From an uncultured Chloroflexia bacterium (GTDB lineage Bacteria; Chloroflexota; Limnocylindria; Limnocylindrales; CSP1-4): a DNA stretch of 64,000 bases. Under the pieces are notes generated by a model. It did not search any database, had not been told where the DNA came from, and saw nothing but the letters and a program-made list of their open reading frames with translations. How positions within the stretch are numbered: the first letter of the stretch is position 1; each line of letters opens with the position of its first letter. The stretch lies in assembly GCA_963712745.1 (NCBI GenBank), contig CAVQJC010000011.1, positions 320,001-384,000 of the forward strand, read 5' to 3'. The position numbers and the translations under genes were made by a program. Shown here piece after piece: positions 9,344-19,457 of this stretch.

Positions 9344-10988
9344 TGATCCCCGGCCCTCGGTCTCTCTAGCAGTCAGGGCCCTGACCTGGGTCGCACTGCC
9401 ATTCGTCCTCGCCTGGATGACCGTCAAGGCGACCTTCTCCACCCTGCGCCGCGGGGGGCGCTTCGCACTCTCCGTGCTACGGGTCGCGGCCCAGGAGTTC
9501 GCAGCCACGGTGCGGCGGCTGGGCACGCGCCTCGCGGCCGTCTTGCGCGCGGCGGCCCAGGCCCTCGCGGCCATGGCCCGCCGGGTCGGTCACGCCATCC
9601 GCATCGTGCTGGCCACGATGGCCGACGGCCTGCGCCGCATCGGCACCCGCCTGCGCGTGTTCGCCCGGGCCGTGGCCGAGCTGGTGGCACGGCCGCTGCG
9701 CCTGGCCCTGGCCACGGTGCGCCGGCTGGGCACGCGCCTCGCGGCCGTCTTGCGCGCGGCGGCCCAGGCCCTCGCGGCCATGGCCCGCCGGGTCGGTCAC
9801 GCCATCCGCATCGTGCTGGCCACGATGGCCGACGGCCTGCGCCGCATCGGCACCCGCCTGCGCGTGTTCGCCCGGGCCGTGGCCGAGCTGGTGGCACGGC
9901 CGCTGCGCCTGGCCCTGGCCACGGTGCGCCGGCTGGGCACGCGCCTCGCGGCCGTCTTGCGCGCGGCGGCCCAGGCCCTCGCGGCCATGGCCCGCCGGGT
10001 CGGTCACGCCATCCGCATCGTGCTGGCCACGATGGCCGACGGCCTGCGCCGCATCGGCACCCGCCTGCGCGTGTTCGCCCGGGCCGTGGCCGAGCTGGTG
10101 GCACGGCCGCTGCGCCTGGCCCTGGCCACGGTGCGCCGGCTGGGCAGAGGCGTACTCGGTCGCGCCATGGTCCTGTTCTTCGACGTCATCGGGCTGATCT
10201 CGGTCTTGGTCTTCTGGCTCCACGAGGTCACGCGCCGCTCGACTGGCGCCATCTGGCCTCGGGTCACGGCTGCAGTGAGCCTGGCCGCAGGTCTGGGGCG
10301 AACGGTCATCCGATCCGTTCACACCTTGGTAGCCAAGATCTGGACGCTCGCGTCCGCCGCTATCGGGCGCGCTGCCAGGGCCATCGTCGCGACCGCCGCA
10401 ACGGCGTGGCGACCCCTCCGCGAGGGTATCGTCGCGGCGTCGCGCGTGGTGAGCAGGATCGCGCTCGCGGCATGGAGCCTGTTGCGAGCCGCCGCCGGCG
10501 CAGTCATGCGGGCCATCCGGCGCGCGCTCGCTGGAGCAGGCGCCTGGGCTCGTCGCGCCTTCGGGGCCGTGCGCACCGCTGCCTCCAGCGCCCGGGACGC
10601 GGTCGTCCGTACCCTCGCTCCGGTAGCGCGGCTCGTCACGCTGAGTGTCGGGGCCGTGGCCCTGGTGACCATCCGGGCGCTCGCCAGGACGCGCTCACTG
10701 GTGGCCTCGTTGGGGCGGGTCATCGCTGCCGCCGCCCGCCGTGCCGCGCAGCGCGTCCGGGCTGCCGTGTCAGCCGTACGGGTAGCGATGATGCAGTCGG
10801 CTCGCCGGGCGGCCACAGCGGTCCGAGGTTCGGCGGCCTCCCTGAGAGAAGCCGTCGGGCGCGCCAAGGGGTCGATCGTGGCCTCGGGCAGCGCCGCACG
10901 CGAGACGGCTCGCGAGATCCTGGGTCGCCTGCGGCACGAGCGCCCACCCGAAGGCCACGATGCCCCCCGGCGCCATGGGCCGCACTGA
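9330..10988 (+). CDS. Hypothetical very basic Arg/Ala-rich amphipathic-helix membrane protein with three 69-aa repeats
   Basis: 552-aa ORF overlapping the upstream gene, with N-terminal and central hydrophobic segments and in-frame repeats. Confidence 0.55.
   Translation: MNRTDDPRPSVSLAVRALTWVALPFVLAWMTVKATFSTLRRGGRFALSVLRVAAQEFAATVRRLGTRLAAVLRAAAQALAAMARRVGHAIRIVLATMADGLRRIGTRLRVFARAVAELVARPLRLALATVRRLGTRLAAVLRAAAQALAAMARRVGHAIRIVLATMADGLRRIGTRLRVFARAVAELVARPLRLALATVRRLGTRLAAVLRAAAQALAAMARRVGHAIRIVLATMADGLRRIGTRLRVFARAVAELVARPLRLALATVRRLGRGVLGRAMVLFFDVIGLISVLVFWLHEVTRRSTGAIWPRVTAAVSLAAGLGRTVIRSVHTLVAKIWTLASAAIGRAARAIVATAATAWRPLREGIVAASRVVSRIALAAWSLLRAAAGAVMRAIRRALAGAGAWARRAFGAVRTAASSARDAVVRTLAPVARLVTLSVGAVALVTIRALARTRSLVASLGRVIAAAARRAAQRVRAAVSAVRVAMMQSARRAATAVRGSAASLREAVGRAKGSIVASGSAARETAREILGRLRHERPPEGHDAPRRHGPH
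9504..10146 (+). repeat. 207-bp near-perfect coding tandem repeat, about 3.1 copies
   Basis: Units start at 9504, 9711, 9918 and 10125 (GCCACGGTGCG.CGGCTGGGCA...); the translations are identical. Confidence 0.95.
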
Positions 10989-11002
10989 GCGGCTCCGCCG
11001 AC

Positions 11003-11398
11003 TCAGGGACGCAGGACGATCACGCGCCAGTCCACCAGCCCCTCGGTCGGGCACGATGCGCTCGTGGTGATGAGGATGCGTTCGTCGGACTCCCCGGCCT
11101 CCACATGGTCGTTGATGCCTGCAAAGCCACACGGTGCATATGGGGCCGGCGCGCGCAAGGTGAGCGAGTCCTGCCACGAGTGGACCAACCCCTTCTCGGT
11201 GGCCAGCGCGTACTCGGCGTAACCCTCGTTCTCGAGCTCGTCAAGTACGCCTGGTACCTGGCTCCAGAGACCACGCATCGGGAACGAGTCGTCGACCACG
11301 ACGAACACACGTTCTGTGGGGCGTGAAAGCACGATCAGCGCCGCGACAAGGCCGAAGGCGACGAGCACACCGATGAGGAAGATGGCGAGCGGACGCAC
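11003..11398 (-). CDS. Small membrane-anchored protein with a vWA-like N-terminal strand (VVVDDSFPM)
   Basis: N-terminal TM followed by a degenerate DxSxS-like motif; last gene of the telA operon (6-bp gap). Confidence 0.65.
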   Translation of the reverse strand: MRPLAIFLIGVLVAFGLVAALIVLSRPTERVFVVVDDSFPMRGLWSQVPGVLDELENEGYAEYALATEKGLVHSWQDSLTLRAPAPYAPCGFAGINDHVEAGESDERILITTSASCPTEGLVDWRVIVLRP

Positions 11399-11404
11399 CC
11401 GGAG

Positions 11405-13099
11405 CTAGACCCCGGCGTTGAAGAGCGCCGAGAGTTTGAACTCGACGTCACCTTCGCCCGCGTTGATGGTCGCTGCCTCCACGAGCGACGCCAGCTGTCC
11501 AAGCTCCTCGAGGTCCGCCTCGAAGCCGACCGTGACCACCGGGATGCGTAGCCCCTCGATGACCTCGTCGACGTCCCCGTACGTGAGCCCTTCGTTGGTC
11601 TCGCCGTCGGTCAGCACGATCAGCATGTACTTGCCTCGTGGGTCGATGGCACGCTGTTCAGCGAGCATGGACAGACCCAGCATGACGCCGTCATACATCG
11701 CGGTGCCTCCCACCGGATCCATGTCCTGAACAGCCGCCGCGAAGCGTGCCTGCTGATTGAGGTCGAACGGAGCGATGTCCAGGCGCTTCCTGGCCTGGTC
11801 GCCGAACTCGACCATGCCCACCGAGGCTTCGGGGTTGATGAACTGGCGTGAGGACTCGAGCGCCCGTTGAACGGCGTTGATACGCGACCCGGACATCGAC
11901 CCGCTCGTGTCGGTCACGAAGACGGCGTAGACCGGGCGGCCGGCGTCCTTCTTGTCCTTCCACAGTTGCTGCGCCGCGATGAGCGTCTGCCCTGACGGGA
12001 TGGCCACATCGGAGACGTAGTCCGGGGGGTCGAAGCCGAACTCTGCGGCCTCGCCTCGCAGCTCATCGTCGTCGAGATGGTCGGCGAACAGCTCGAGCAC
12101 CTCACGCTCCTGGGGCGTCGCCGAGTCGAAGGCGTAGAGCGGATTGTCGTGACGGACGCCGAAGGGGATGAACTCGAACCCGGAGCGCAGTGAGTCGGTA
12201 TTGATGAACGTCTGCCACTCCATGACGAAGGCGTCCAGCGATCCGTTGTCCTTTTCTACCGACTCGCGCATCTGCAGTGTCGTGAAAGCCACGAACGGGA
12301 CCTGCTCCTGGAATGTCTCGAAGACGCTGGCCACGTCGGGTGCAACGAGTCTGGCCTCATCGCCCTCGGCGAACGAATCGAGGACCGTGAGCAGGAAGTT
12401 GAGTCCCGTGGACGACGCGAACGGATCCGTGTAGCCCATCACCAGCTCGCCGGCGATCACCGCCTGCAGTAGTACCTTGGCATCGAGCTCGCCGTACTGC
12501 TCGCGCAACTGGTCAGCGGTCTCGTCCTTCATCACGATGCCGGCCACGTTGGGGACCGTCCGGTCCGTAACCACGGACATGGGACTGTGCACCCGCGCCA
12601 TCTCGATCCACAGATGGTTCGAGGGGCTGAAGCCTGCCGGGATGGCATCGCCGGCAGCGATGAACTGGTATCCGGTCCCTGAGGGGATCCTGCGGATGGC
12701 TACCTTGGCAGCGGACCCGTCAGCGAGCGTCGCGCCCGAGCGGTTGAACGACTCCGCCGCCTCGACCATCCAGCCGTCGGTGCCTGCTCCGGACTTCTCG
12801 GTGGAGGCGAAGACTTCGGCGACCACCTCACCGGCGCCGATACCGGGGTCCACCGAGAGCGCGAACTCGCTGATGTCCGGCAGCGTATCCGCTAGAGTCC
12901 GGTCTCCGCCCGGCTCCACGCTGGCCTTGCGGTCGATGAGCTCATCAGCCCAATCCAGCTGGCCGGCGATCTCCGCGACGCGCTGTTCCGCCTCGGCCTG
13001 ACCGAGTGGTTCGCTACCGCCCAGGTCCTCCGTACAGGCCGCGGCCACGAAGACGATACTGACCAGGGCGGCAAGGAGCGCCGACCGATGCTGTCCCAC
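11405..13099 (-). CDS. Lipoprotein: solute-binding-protein-like domain plus C-terminal vWA domain
   Basis: Lipobox-like AAAC; SBP-like motifs (FSPSN, TDPFASSTG); vWA MIDAS DTSGSM, GGTAMYD and LTDGE. Confidence 0.88.
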   Translation of the reverse strand: MGQHRSALLAALVSIVFVAAACTEDLGGSEPLGQAEAEQRVAEIAGQLDWADELIDRKASVEPGGDRTLADTLPDISEFALSVDPGIGAGEVVAEVFASTEKSGAGTDGWMVEAAESFNRSGATLADGSAAKVAIRRIPSGTGYQFIAAGDAIPAGFSPSNHLWIEMARVHSPMSVVTDRTVPNVAGIVMKDETADQLREQYGELDAKVLLQAVIAGELVMGYTDPFASSTGLNFLLTVLDSFAEGDEARLVAPDVASVFETFQEQVPFVAFTTLQMRESVEKDNGSLDAFVMEWQTFINTDSLRSGFEFIPFGVRHDNPLYAFDSATPQEREVLELFADHLDDDELRGEAAEFGFDPPDYVSDVAIPSGQTLIAAQQLWKDKKDAGRPVYAVFVTDTSGSMSGSRINAVQRALESSRQFINPEASVGMVEFGDQARKRLDIAPFDLNQQARFAAAVQDMDPVGGTAMYDGVMLGLSMLAEQRAIDPRGKYMLIVLTDGETNEGLTYGDVDEVIEGLRIPVVTVGFEADLEELGQLASLVEAATINAGEGDVEFKLSALFNAGV

Positions 13100-13129
13100 G
13101 TGTCGTTCTCCCTCCGCTGCCGTGCCTGA

Positions 13130-14362
13130 CTACTCTGTCGTTGGGTCGGCCCCAGGGCCGACCTCGAGGTCGAGCATGCCCGTGCTGGCCGCGCTCCGCT
13201 CATGCCTCTCGATCGCCTTCTCCGCTTCGATCGTGAGCTTGTCCATCTCGACGATGGAGCTGGCCATCTCCGGCAGTGCTTCACGGCGGTAGCGTGAGAT
13301 CTCGTCGAGCGCGATGTTGATGTCGCGGAAGGCCGACTGCAGGGCGTCCATGTCGAGCATCGCGCTCGATGCCTGCTGGTGGATCTGGCTGCCTTGCGAC
13401 TTGAGTCGCGCGGCAGTACCGGCGATCATGTCCGACGTCGTCCGGTTGAGCGCCTCGACCTTGTCCAGCACCACCTTCTGGTGGGCTACGGCCATGGCCA
13501 CCGACACGGCCACCTGGAGGGCACTGATGGTGACGTCCAGGGCGCGGTTGACGCCACGGACGAGTTCACGGTTGTTGCGCACGATGATGGCGGTCGCGAG
13601 CACGCCCTGCTGATTCACCGCCAGTTGCTGCTGCAGGTCCATCGTCCGCTGTCGCAGCACGAAGAGCAGCTCCTCCTCGATGAACGCCCGTCGAGGGTCG
13701 TCAGGTCCGATCTCGCGGTCGAGCTTGGCGCTGATGGCGGAGTCGAGCGCCTGGGCGAGTGCGACCTGCTCGGTGATCGTGACCGTCAGCTCGCGCATGT
13801 TCTTCTGATCGTCGTTGAGCGTGACGTTGTCGCGTTTCAGTTGGTCACGCCCACTCTCGAGCGAGCGGATGATGGCGTCGATGACGCCTTGCGAGGTCTC
13901 GAACTGCATGAAGTAGCGCTGCAGCGGCGTGCCCACGCCGGGAATCAGCCCAAGCGTGCGATTGAACCAGCCCGGGTCGAGGTTGAGCGAGGTTGGGTCG
14001 AGCTTCTCGACCTCGATGCGCAAGTCCGAGAGCGACTTGGCCACGGGCCCGCCCTCCTCGCTCTCGCGAGCGAGGTCGCGCAACGGCGCCTGCAGCAGCC
14101 GGCTTCGCGTGGCGGCACGTCGTTGCAGGTCCCGGCCCATGCCTTCGACAGCTTCGATCGAGGTGACGCGGGCATCCTGGTCGTCAGGATCGATAGTGAT
14201 GAGCTGGTCAGCCACCGCAAGCGCACGCTCCTGGAGCTCATCGCTGACATCGGGTTCAGGAACGATGACCTCCGCCTTCGTGCCCTCAACGTCAAGGTCC
14301 AACCGCAGGGCCAGAGCCGTCTCGTCGTTGGCGTTGCCGTGCGTATCGCTCGCATCACTCAT
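13130..14362 (-). CDS. telA: Toxic anion resistance protein TelA (YaaN/KlaB family)
   Basis: Coiled-coil protein with QRYF..F......ID.II..LE.G...L..DN and LRQR..DL motifs, in the typical XpaC-TelA-vWA context. Confidence 0.88.
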   Translation of the reverse strand: MSDASDTHGNANDETALALRLDLDVEGTKAEVIVPEPDVSDELQERALAVADQLITIDPDDQDARVTSIEAVEGMGRDLQRRAATRSRLLQAPLRDLARESEEGGPVAKSLSDLRIEVEKLDPTSLNLDPGWFNRTLGLIPGVGTPLQRYFMQFETSQGVIDAIIRSLESGRDQLKRDNVTLNDDQKNMRELTVTITEQVALAQALDSAISAKLDREIGPDDPRRAFIEEELLFVLRQRTMDLQQQLAVNQQGVLATAIIVRNNRELVRGVNRALDVTISALQVAVSVAMAVAHQKVVLDKVEALNRTTSDMIAGTAARLKSQGSQIHQQASSAMLDMDALQSAFRDINIALDEISRYRREALPEMASSIVEMDKLTIEAEKAIERHERSAASTGMLDLEVGPGADPTTE

Positions 14363-14421
14363 CGTTGCTCTCCCTCATGGTCGGGCCTTGGTCGTCTCGG
14401 TAGTGCATCACATCGACGAGG

Positions 14422-15174
14422 TCATGTCGCGGCGTACCTGCCCGCTCGGTCGGCCAGCTCCTTGAGCGCATCCATGGCGGCTTCCGCGTCCTGCGGAGCG
14501 ACGCCGATGGGTGCGTCTGCGAGTGCGGTGGAGGTGCGATCGAGCAGCGTCATGGCCGACTCATTCTGGGCCAGCAAGTAGGTCACCTTGGCCTCCTGTG
14601 CCGTGGCCAGCGCGCGACGATCCTGGAGCGAGGTGATCTCAGCCTGCGCCCCGGATGCGTCGCCGGCGGACAGCTCTGCGAGCCGGACGTCGATGTAGTC
14701 GGTGTCGATGGCACTGACGCTCTTCTTGGCGATGGCGACCTCGCGCAGGTTGGTGACGACTGCCAGGTAGACCTGCTGGGCGGTCGAGCGGTAGCGTGCG
14801 TACGTCAGCTCCCCGGTGTCGAGGCGGCTCCCGAGGATGGCCACCAGGGTGTCGCGCTTCTCGCCGATGGCATGGAGCTGGTAGGCGGGGCGCGGGTCCT
14901 CGAGTCGGTCCAGGTCGTCAGACAGCGCACGCAGCTCGATCGTACTGACCTCAGGCAGCCTCGGCGCCTGGAACTGGAGCCGGCGCAGTGTCCCGGTGGC
15001 GGACAGGGTGATCGGCCACAGGACGATGGCGACCGCGCCGATGCCGATGACGACGATCGCCAGCAACGTGGGCGGTTCGAGGAGCAGCAGGATCAGGACG
15101 ACCGCCACCACGACCGCGGCGACGGCGATCCAGGACGGCGGATATCCGGCGACGGCGCGCCACCACGTTCTCAT
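14422..15174 (-). CDS. XpaC-like (5-bromo-4-chloroindolyl phosphate hydrolysis family-like) membrane protein
   Basis: Two N-terminal TM helices, helical domain with GELTYARY and a C-terminal LADRAGRY; directly upstream of telA. Start at ATG 15174. Confidence 0.65.
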   Translation of the reverse strand: MRTWWRAVAGYPPSWIAVAAVVVAVVLILLLLEPPTLLAIVVIGIGAVAIVLWPITLSATGTLRRLQFQAPRLPEVSTIELRALSDDLDRLEDPRPAYQLHAIGEKRDTLVAILGSRLDTGELTYARYRSTAQQVYLAVVTNLREVAIAKKSVSAIDTDYIDVRLAELSAGDASGAQAEITSLQDRRALATAQEAKVTYLLAQNESAMTLLDRTSTALADAPIGVAPQDAEAAMDALKELADRAGRYAAT

Positions 15175-15412
15175 CTCGATACCCCTTCTGACAATCGAAC
15201 CCAAGTGTGGTGCATGCAAGGGCCTTTCGGCAGGGAACAAGGAAGTGCGACTGCCCGACGGCAACGGCCGGCTGAACCTCCCTCGAGCCGCGCCGGTGCC
15301 GAAGTAGTCCCGGCGACCGCCGGCTGAAGGGCGTGGCCGAGATCGGCGGCCACCCCGAACTCAAGCCGCCGCGCGCGATCGGGAGTGGTTCTCGTCCGTC
15401 CACTCTCTCTCA

Positions 15413-15766
15413 GTGCATGCTGTGCACGAGTCCGACCCAGCGATCGTCCGATCCTGCAGGGGCCTGTGCACCCCGTGCACGAGCCCGTCCCGTCCGCTCT
15501 GGCCGTGCACCCAGTGCACGAGTCCGACCCAGCGATCGTCCGATCCTGCAGGGGCCTGTGCACCCCGTGCACGAGCCCGTCCCGTCCGCTCTGGCCGTGC
15601 ACCCAGTGCACGAGTCCGACCCAGCGATCGTCCGATCCTGCAGGGGCCTGTGCACCCCGTGCACGAGCCCGTCCCGTCCGCTCTGGCCGTGCACCCCGTG
15701 CACGAGTCCGACCCATCCGTCGCCCGATCCTGCAGGGGCCTGTGCACCCCGTGCACGAGCCCGTCC
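15413..15766. repeat. Intergenic 92-bp tandem repeat (about 3.8 units) built from an 18-bp GTGCACCC(C/A)GTGCACGAG element with alternating spacers (REP/BIME-like)
   Basis: Element at 15413 (degenerate), 15466, 15505, 15558, 15597, 15650, 15689 and 15742; spacing alternates 53 and 39 bp. Confidence 0.95.
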
Positions 15767-15961
15767 AGAATGTCCGGTGCCGATCACCCGGCGGGTGGGA
15801 ACCCGCAGCGCGGGGCCACGACGACGGCTGCCCGGTCGAGTTCGGTCACCCGGTGATCGGCTGGTCGGATGTCGTCAACGCAGCCCCATGGGACGCTACC
15901 TACGGGTCGACTGACCTTGGCCCGCCGCCGCACCCGGCGGTCGATCGAGGCCATACGACCC

Positions 15962-15990
15962 TTGAGTGGTGGAGTGCCAGCGGCTAGGCT
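15962..15990 (+). promoter_or_regulatory. Putative sigma70-type promoter TTGAGT-N17-TAGGCT for STAND gene 1
   Basis: 17-bp spacer; the same architecture is conserved upstream of the paralog. Confidence 0.65.
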
Positions 15991-16025
15991 GGCCAGACGC
16001 CAATCATCTAGACGCGAGAGGACGT

Positions 16026-19000
16026 ATGACTCAGCGGCAGCCCTCATCGCGGCGGGGTCAGGCGGACGTACGGCAGACGCGAACGGGCTCCGCCGCCAGC
16101 GGTCGGCGCGCGCCCCGACTGGCCACCTTCATGGTCGTCGACCTGGCCGGATCGGACGCCGTCCTGGCGGGGCTCGGTGAGGGCCGTGCGGAGGCTTCGC
16201 GCCCGGCCTACGTCACGCTCCTGCGCAACGCGGTCGCGGCACACGAGGGGAGCGAGCTGGTGCTGCTGGACGACCGAGCGTTGGTCGCCTTCGCCACCCC
16301 CTCGTCGGCGGTGGCTTCCGCCGTCTCGATCCAGCGAGCGGCCGAGCGGCACAATCGGTCCCACGACGATCGGCTCGATCCCCGCATCGGCATCCAGTTG
16401 GGCGAAGCCACCGAGCCCGTCTTCGCCTCAGGAGGTGGCGAGTACGTCGCACAGCCCGCGATCCAGGCCCGCCAGCTGTGTGAGGCTGCGCTCGCCGGTC
16501 ACATCCTGGTGTCTGAATGGGTCTCCGCCCTGGCTCGGCCGGAGCCATCGCTCTCCTTCGAACGAGCTGGGCTGATCGACCTCTCCGGGGCCCCGGAGCC
16601 AGTACCGACGTTCGAGGTCCGATTCCAGGACGCCCCGGACCGCCGGCCCTCGCTCCCGCCCGAGCTCGCCGCCCGGCCCAGGGGTCGCTGTTCCTTCGTG
16701 GGGCGGTCGTCGGAGCGAGAGCGGTTGCGCGCCGTGTGGAAGGCGGCGGCTGGCGGCAGGCGCCGGCTGGTCTTCGCAGTGGGCGAGCCCGGCATCGGCA
16801 AGAGCCGTCTGGCGGCGGAGTTCGCCATCGAGGCACATGCTGACGGCGCGGTCGTGTTCTCCGGCCGCTCGTTCGAGGAATCGGTCGTCCCGTACCAGCC
16901 GTTCGTCGAGGCGCTGCGCCAGTACGTCAACGACTGCGACCCGGTCGAGCTCGAAGCGCAGCTCGGTGCCGATCCGTCACCGCTGGTCACGCTGCTCCCT
17001 GAGCTGGCGGCACGTCTGCCGGGCCACACGGAGCTGCAGGCTGCGGAGGGCGAGCGTCATCGGCTCTTCGATGCCGTGGCCACACTGCTCTCGACCGTCT
17101 CGACCTCCTCGCCCGTCCTGCTCGTACTCGACGACCTGCAGTGGGCCGATCCGGCCACGCTGCTCCTGCTCAAGCATGTCGTACTCGACCCGCGGCCGGC
17201 CTCGATGCTCATCCTCGGGCTCTATCGCGACACCGAGGTCGGCGAGTCGCATCCACTGGCCCGGCTGCAGGCCGACGTCGAGCGCGACTTCACCGTCGAC
17301 CGAGTCACCCTCACCGGCCTTGCCGACGCCGACGTCGCGAGCATGCTCGACGAGATGTTCGGTTGGTCGCCGCCGGTCACGGTCGCCCACGGCCTGCGCG
17401 AGGAGACCGAGGGCAACCCGTTCTTCCTGCAGGAGGTCATCCATCAGCTCCACGAGACCGGCATCGCGGACGACCGCGAACGCCTGCTGCGGGGGCACCT
17501 CGTCTCGGATGGGATGGGGGTTCCCGAGCGGGTCCGGGACTTCGTGGCCAGGCGCATGCAGCGGCTTTCGACAGGCGCGCTCGAGATCCTCGCGGTCGCG
17601 GCCGTGGTGGGCACGGAGTTCGGCCTCGACATCCTCGCTAGCGTCCTCTCGGCAGACCCCGACCGACTCGTCGACGATCTCGAGGAGGCCGTCGAGGCGC
17701 GGCTCGTGGTAGAGGTTCCCGGTCGGCTCGGCACGTACTCCTTCGCCCATGCATTCTTCCAGGGCGCTCTCCATGAACGTCAGGGCGCCAATCGGCGTGC
17801 GCTGCTCCACGCGCGTGTGGCTGAGGCCATCGAGGATCTGCAGCCCGATGACCCCACGACGCTCTCAGAACTCGCGCGCCACTACGCGTTGACCGCCGGT
17901 CGCTACGCGCAGAAGGTCGTCCACTACGGCGCGGCTGCCGGCGATCGTGCGTTCGCGCAGCTAGCCTTCGAGGACGCCATCGCGGAGTACACCCGTGCGC
18001 TCGACGCACTCCCGCTGGTGGCTACTGCCCCCGAGTCGACCCAGGCCAACCTGCTCGTGCGCTTGGGTGAAGCCCAGACGCGTGTCGGTGACGCCGCGGC
18101 GGCCAAGGGATACTTCCTCGCGGCGGCCGATCTCTGCGTCAGGGAGAACTCGTTCGAACCCCTCGCGCGCGCCGCACTGGGCTACGGGGGGACCGGCAAG
18201 TTCGGAGCGATCTTCGACCCATTCGGAGTCGTCAACGAGACGCTGGTCGATCTGCTCGAGCACGCCATCGCGGCTTGCCCGAGTGGCCAGGAACACGACC
18301 GCGTCCGACTGCTGGGCTGGCTGGCCCAGGCGCTCTACTGGTCGGACCAGGACGAGCGCCGGCATGTGCTGAGCCAGGAGGCGCTCGACACCGCACGCCG
18401 GATCGGCGAGCCCGCGGTCATCGCCCACGCCCTCCACAGCCGGCATGTCGCGCTGTGGGGGCCCGGCCACCTGCCTGAGCTTCGGGCGGCCGCCGAGGAG
18501 ATGCTCGCGCTAGGCCGGTCCCTGGGCGATCGCGACATCCAGCTGAAGGCCTACACCTGGCTCATCACCGACGCCCTGCAGACAGATCCCATCGAGGTCG
18601 TGGACGGGTACATCGCGGACTATGCGGGCCTCGCAGAGGAGTTGCATCGACCGTACTTGCTGGGGTACGCCGAATCGATGCGCGCGGCGCGAGCGCACCT
18701 GGAAGGGCGATTCGACGACATGATGCGGTCGATGTCTGCGCAACTCGCGCACTCCGAGGGTGCCGATGCTGATCGCGCGCAGGAGGCCCATCGCTGGCAG
18801 ATGGGACTGTTCATGCTGGACCTCGATCGTGTCGACGACGCCTTGATAGGCACCCTCGCGGAACAGAGTGCACGCTATCCGGGACTGACCTTCGACGTGA
18901 TGCTGGCGCTGGCCTACGCCATCGTCGACCTCCGCGAGGAAGCCTGGGTGAAGCTGGCCCGGCTGGCGCCCGAGGATCTGGCCTCGATCCCCAGGGACTG

Positions 19001-19457
19001 CATGTGGGCCGGCACGATGGCCATGCTCTCGAGGGTCGTCTACAAGCTTGGGGCGGTCGAGTACGCGCGACCCCTCTACGACCTCTTGGCCCCCTACGCT
19101 GAGCGCAACAGCATCTGGGGTTCAGGATTCATCGTCTTTGGCCCCACCAGTCGGTTCCTGGGCCTGCTCGCGACCACCTTCGGCGAACCGGACCTGGCCA
19201 TCCCTCGCCTCGAACACGCGATCCAGCGCTGCCAGGACCTCCACTCGCCCCCACTGGCGGCACGAGTGAGGACCGACATGGCGAGAGCGTTCCTGGCACG
19301 TGGCGCCGACGGCGACGTGGAGCGGGCCCGTCGGTCGCTCGAGGACGCCCGGCTCACCGCTGCGGAGCTTGGCTTGTCCGGCCTGGGACAGGAGGTAGTC
19401 GACCTCCTGTCGACTGCCACGCTGCCGGGCGCGCGCACGGCCTCGGATGCCACTTGA
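16026..19457 (+). CDS. Degenerate class III cyclase + STAND/AAA ATPase + TPR-like protein, paralog 1
   Basis: Cyclase-like VDLAGS...RIGIQLGE...GHILVS; Walker A GEPGIGKS; Walker B LVLDDLQWAD; GNPFFLQE; helical TPR-like C-terminus with no LuxR HTH. ATG 16026 follows GAGAGG. Confidence 0.88.
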   Translation: MTQRQPSSRRGQADVRQTRTGSAASGRRAPRLATFMVVDLAGSDAVLAGLGEGRAEASRPAYVTLLRNAVAAHEGSELVLLDDRALVAFATPSSAVASAVSIQRAAERHNRSHDDRLDPRIGIQLGEATEPVFASGGGEYVAQPAIQARQLCEAALAGHILVSEWVSALARPEPSLSFERAGLIDLSGAPEPVPTFEVRFQDAPDRRPSLPPELAARPRGRCSFVGRSSERERLRAVWKAAAGGRRRLVFAVGEPGIGKSRLAAEFAIEAHADGAVVFSGRSFEESVVPYQPFVEALRQYVNDCDPVELEAQLGADPSPLVTLLPELAARLPGHTELQAAEGERHRLFDAVATLLSTVSTSSPVLLVLDDLQWADPATLLLLKHVVLDPRPASMLILGLYRDTEVGESHPLARLQADVERDFTVDRVTLTGLADADVASMLDEMFGWSPPVTVAHGLREETEGNPFFLQEVIHQLHETGIADDRERLLRGHLVSDGMGVPERVRDFVARRMQRLSTGALEILAVAAVVGTEFGLDILASVLSADPDRLVDDLEEAVEARLVVEVPGRLGTYSFAHAFFQGALHERQGANRRALLHARVAEAIEDLQPDDPTTLSELARHYALTAGRYAQKVVHYGAAAGDRAFAQLAFEDAIAEYTRALDALPLVATAPESTQANLLVRLGEAQTRVGDAAAAKGYFLAAADLCVRENSFEPLARAALGYGGTGKFGAIFDPFGVVNETLVDLLEHAIAACPSGQEHDRVRLLGWLAQALYWSDQDERRHVLSQEALDTARRIGEPAVIAHALHSRHVALWGPGHLPELRAAAEEMLALGRSLGDRDIQLKAYTWLITDALQTDPIEVVDGYIADYAGLAEELHRPYLLGYAESMRAARAHLEGRFDDMMRSMSAQLAHSEGADADRAQEAHRWQMGLFMLDLDRVDDALIGTLAEQSARYPGLTFDVMLALAYAIVDLREEAWVKLARLAPEDLASIPRDCMWAGTMAMLSRVVYKLGAVEYARPLYDLLAPYAERNSIWGSGFIVFGPTSRFLGLLATTFGEPDLAIPRLEHAIQRCQDLHSPPLAARVRTDMARAFLARGADGDVERARRSLEDARLTAAELGLSGLGQEVVDLLSTATLPGARTASDAT

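Noticed and set aside
15413-15766. CRISPR array
   Set aside because: The spacers are two alternating repeated sequences, the repeat is only 18 bp and there are no cas genes in the window.
15171-15987. Cys/His-rich ORFs across the 92-bp repeat as metal-binding proteins
   Set aside because: The unit length is not a multiple of three and all frames are open; these are artefacts of the repeat.
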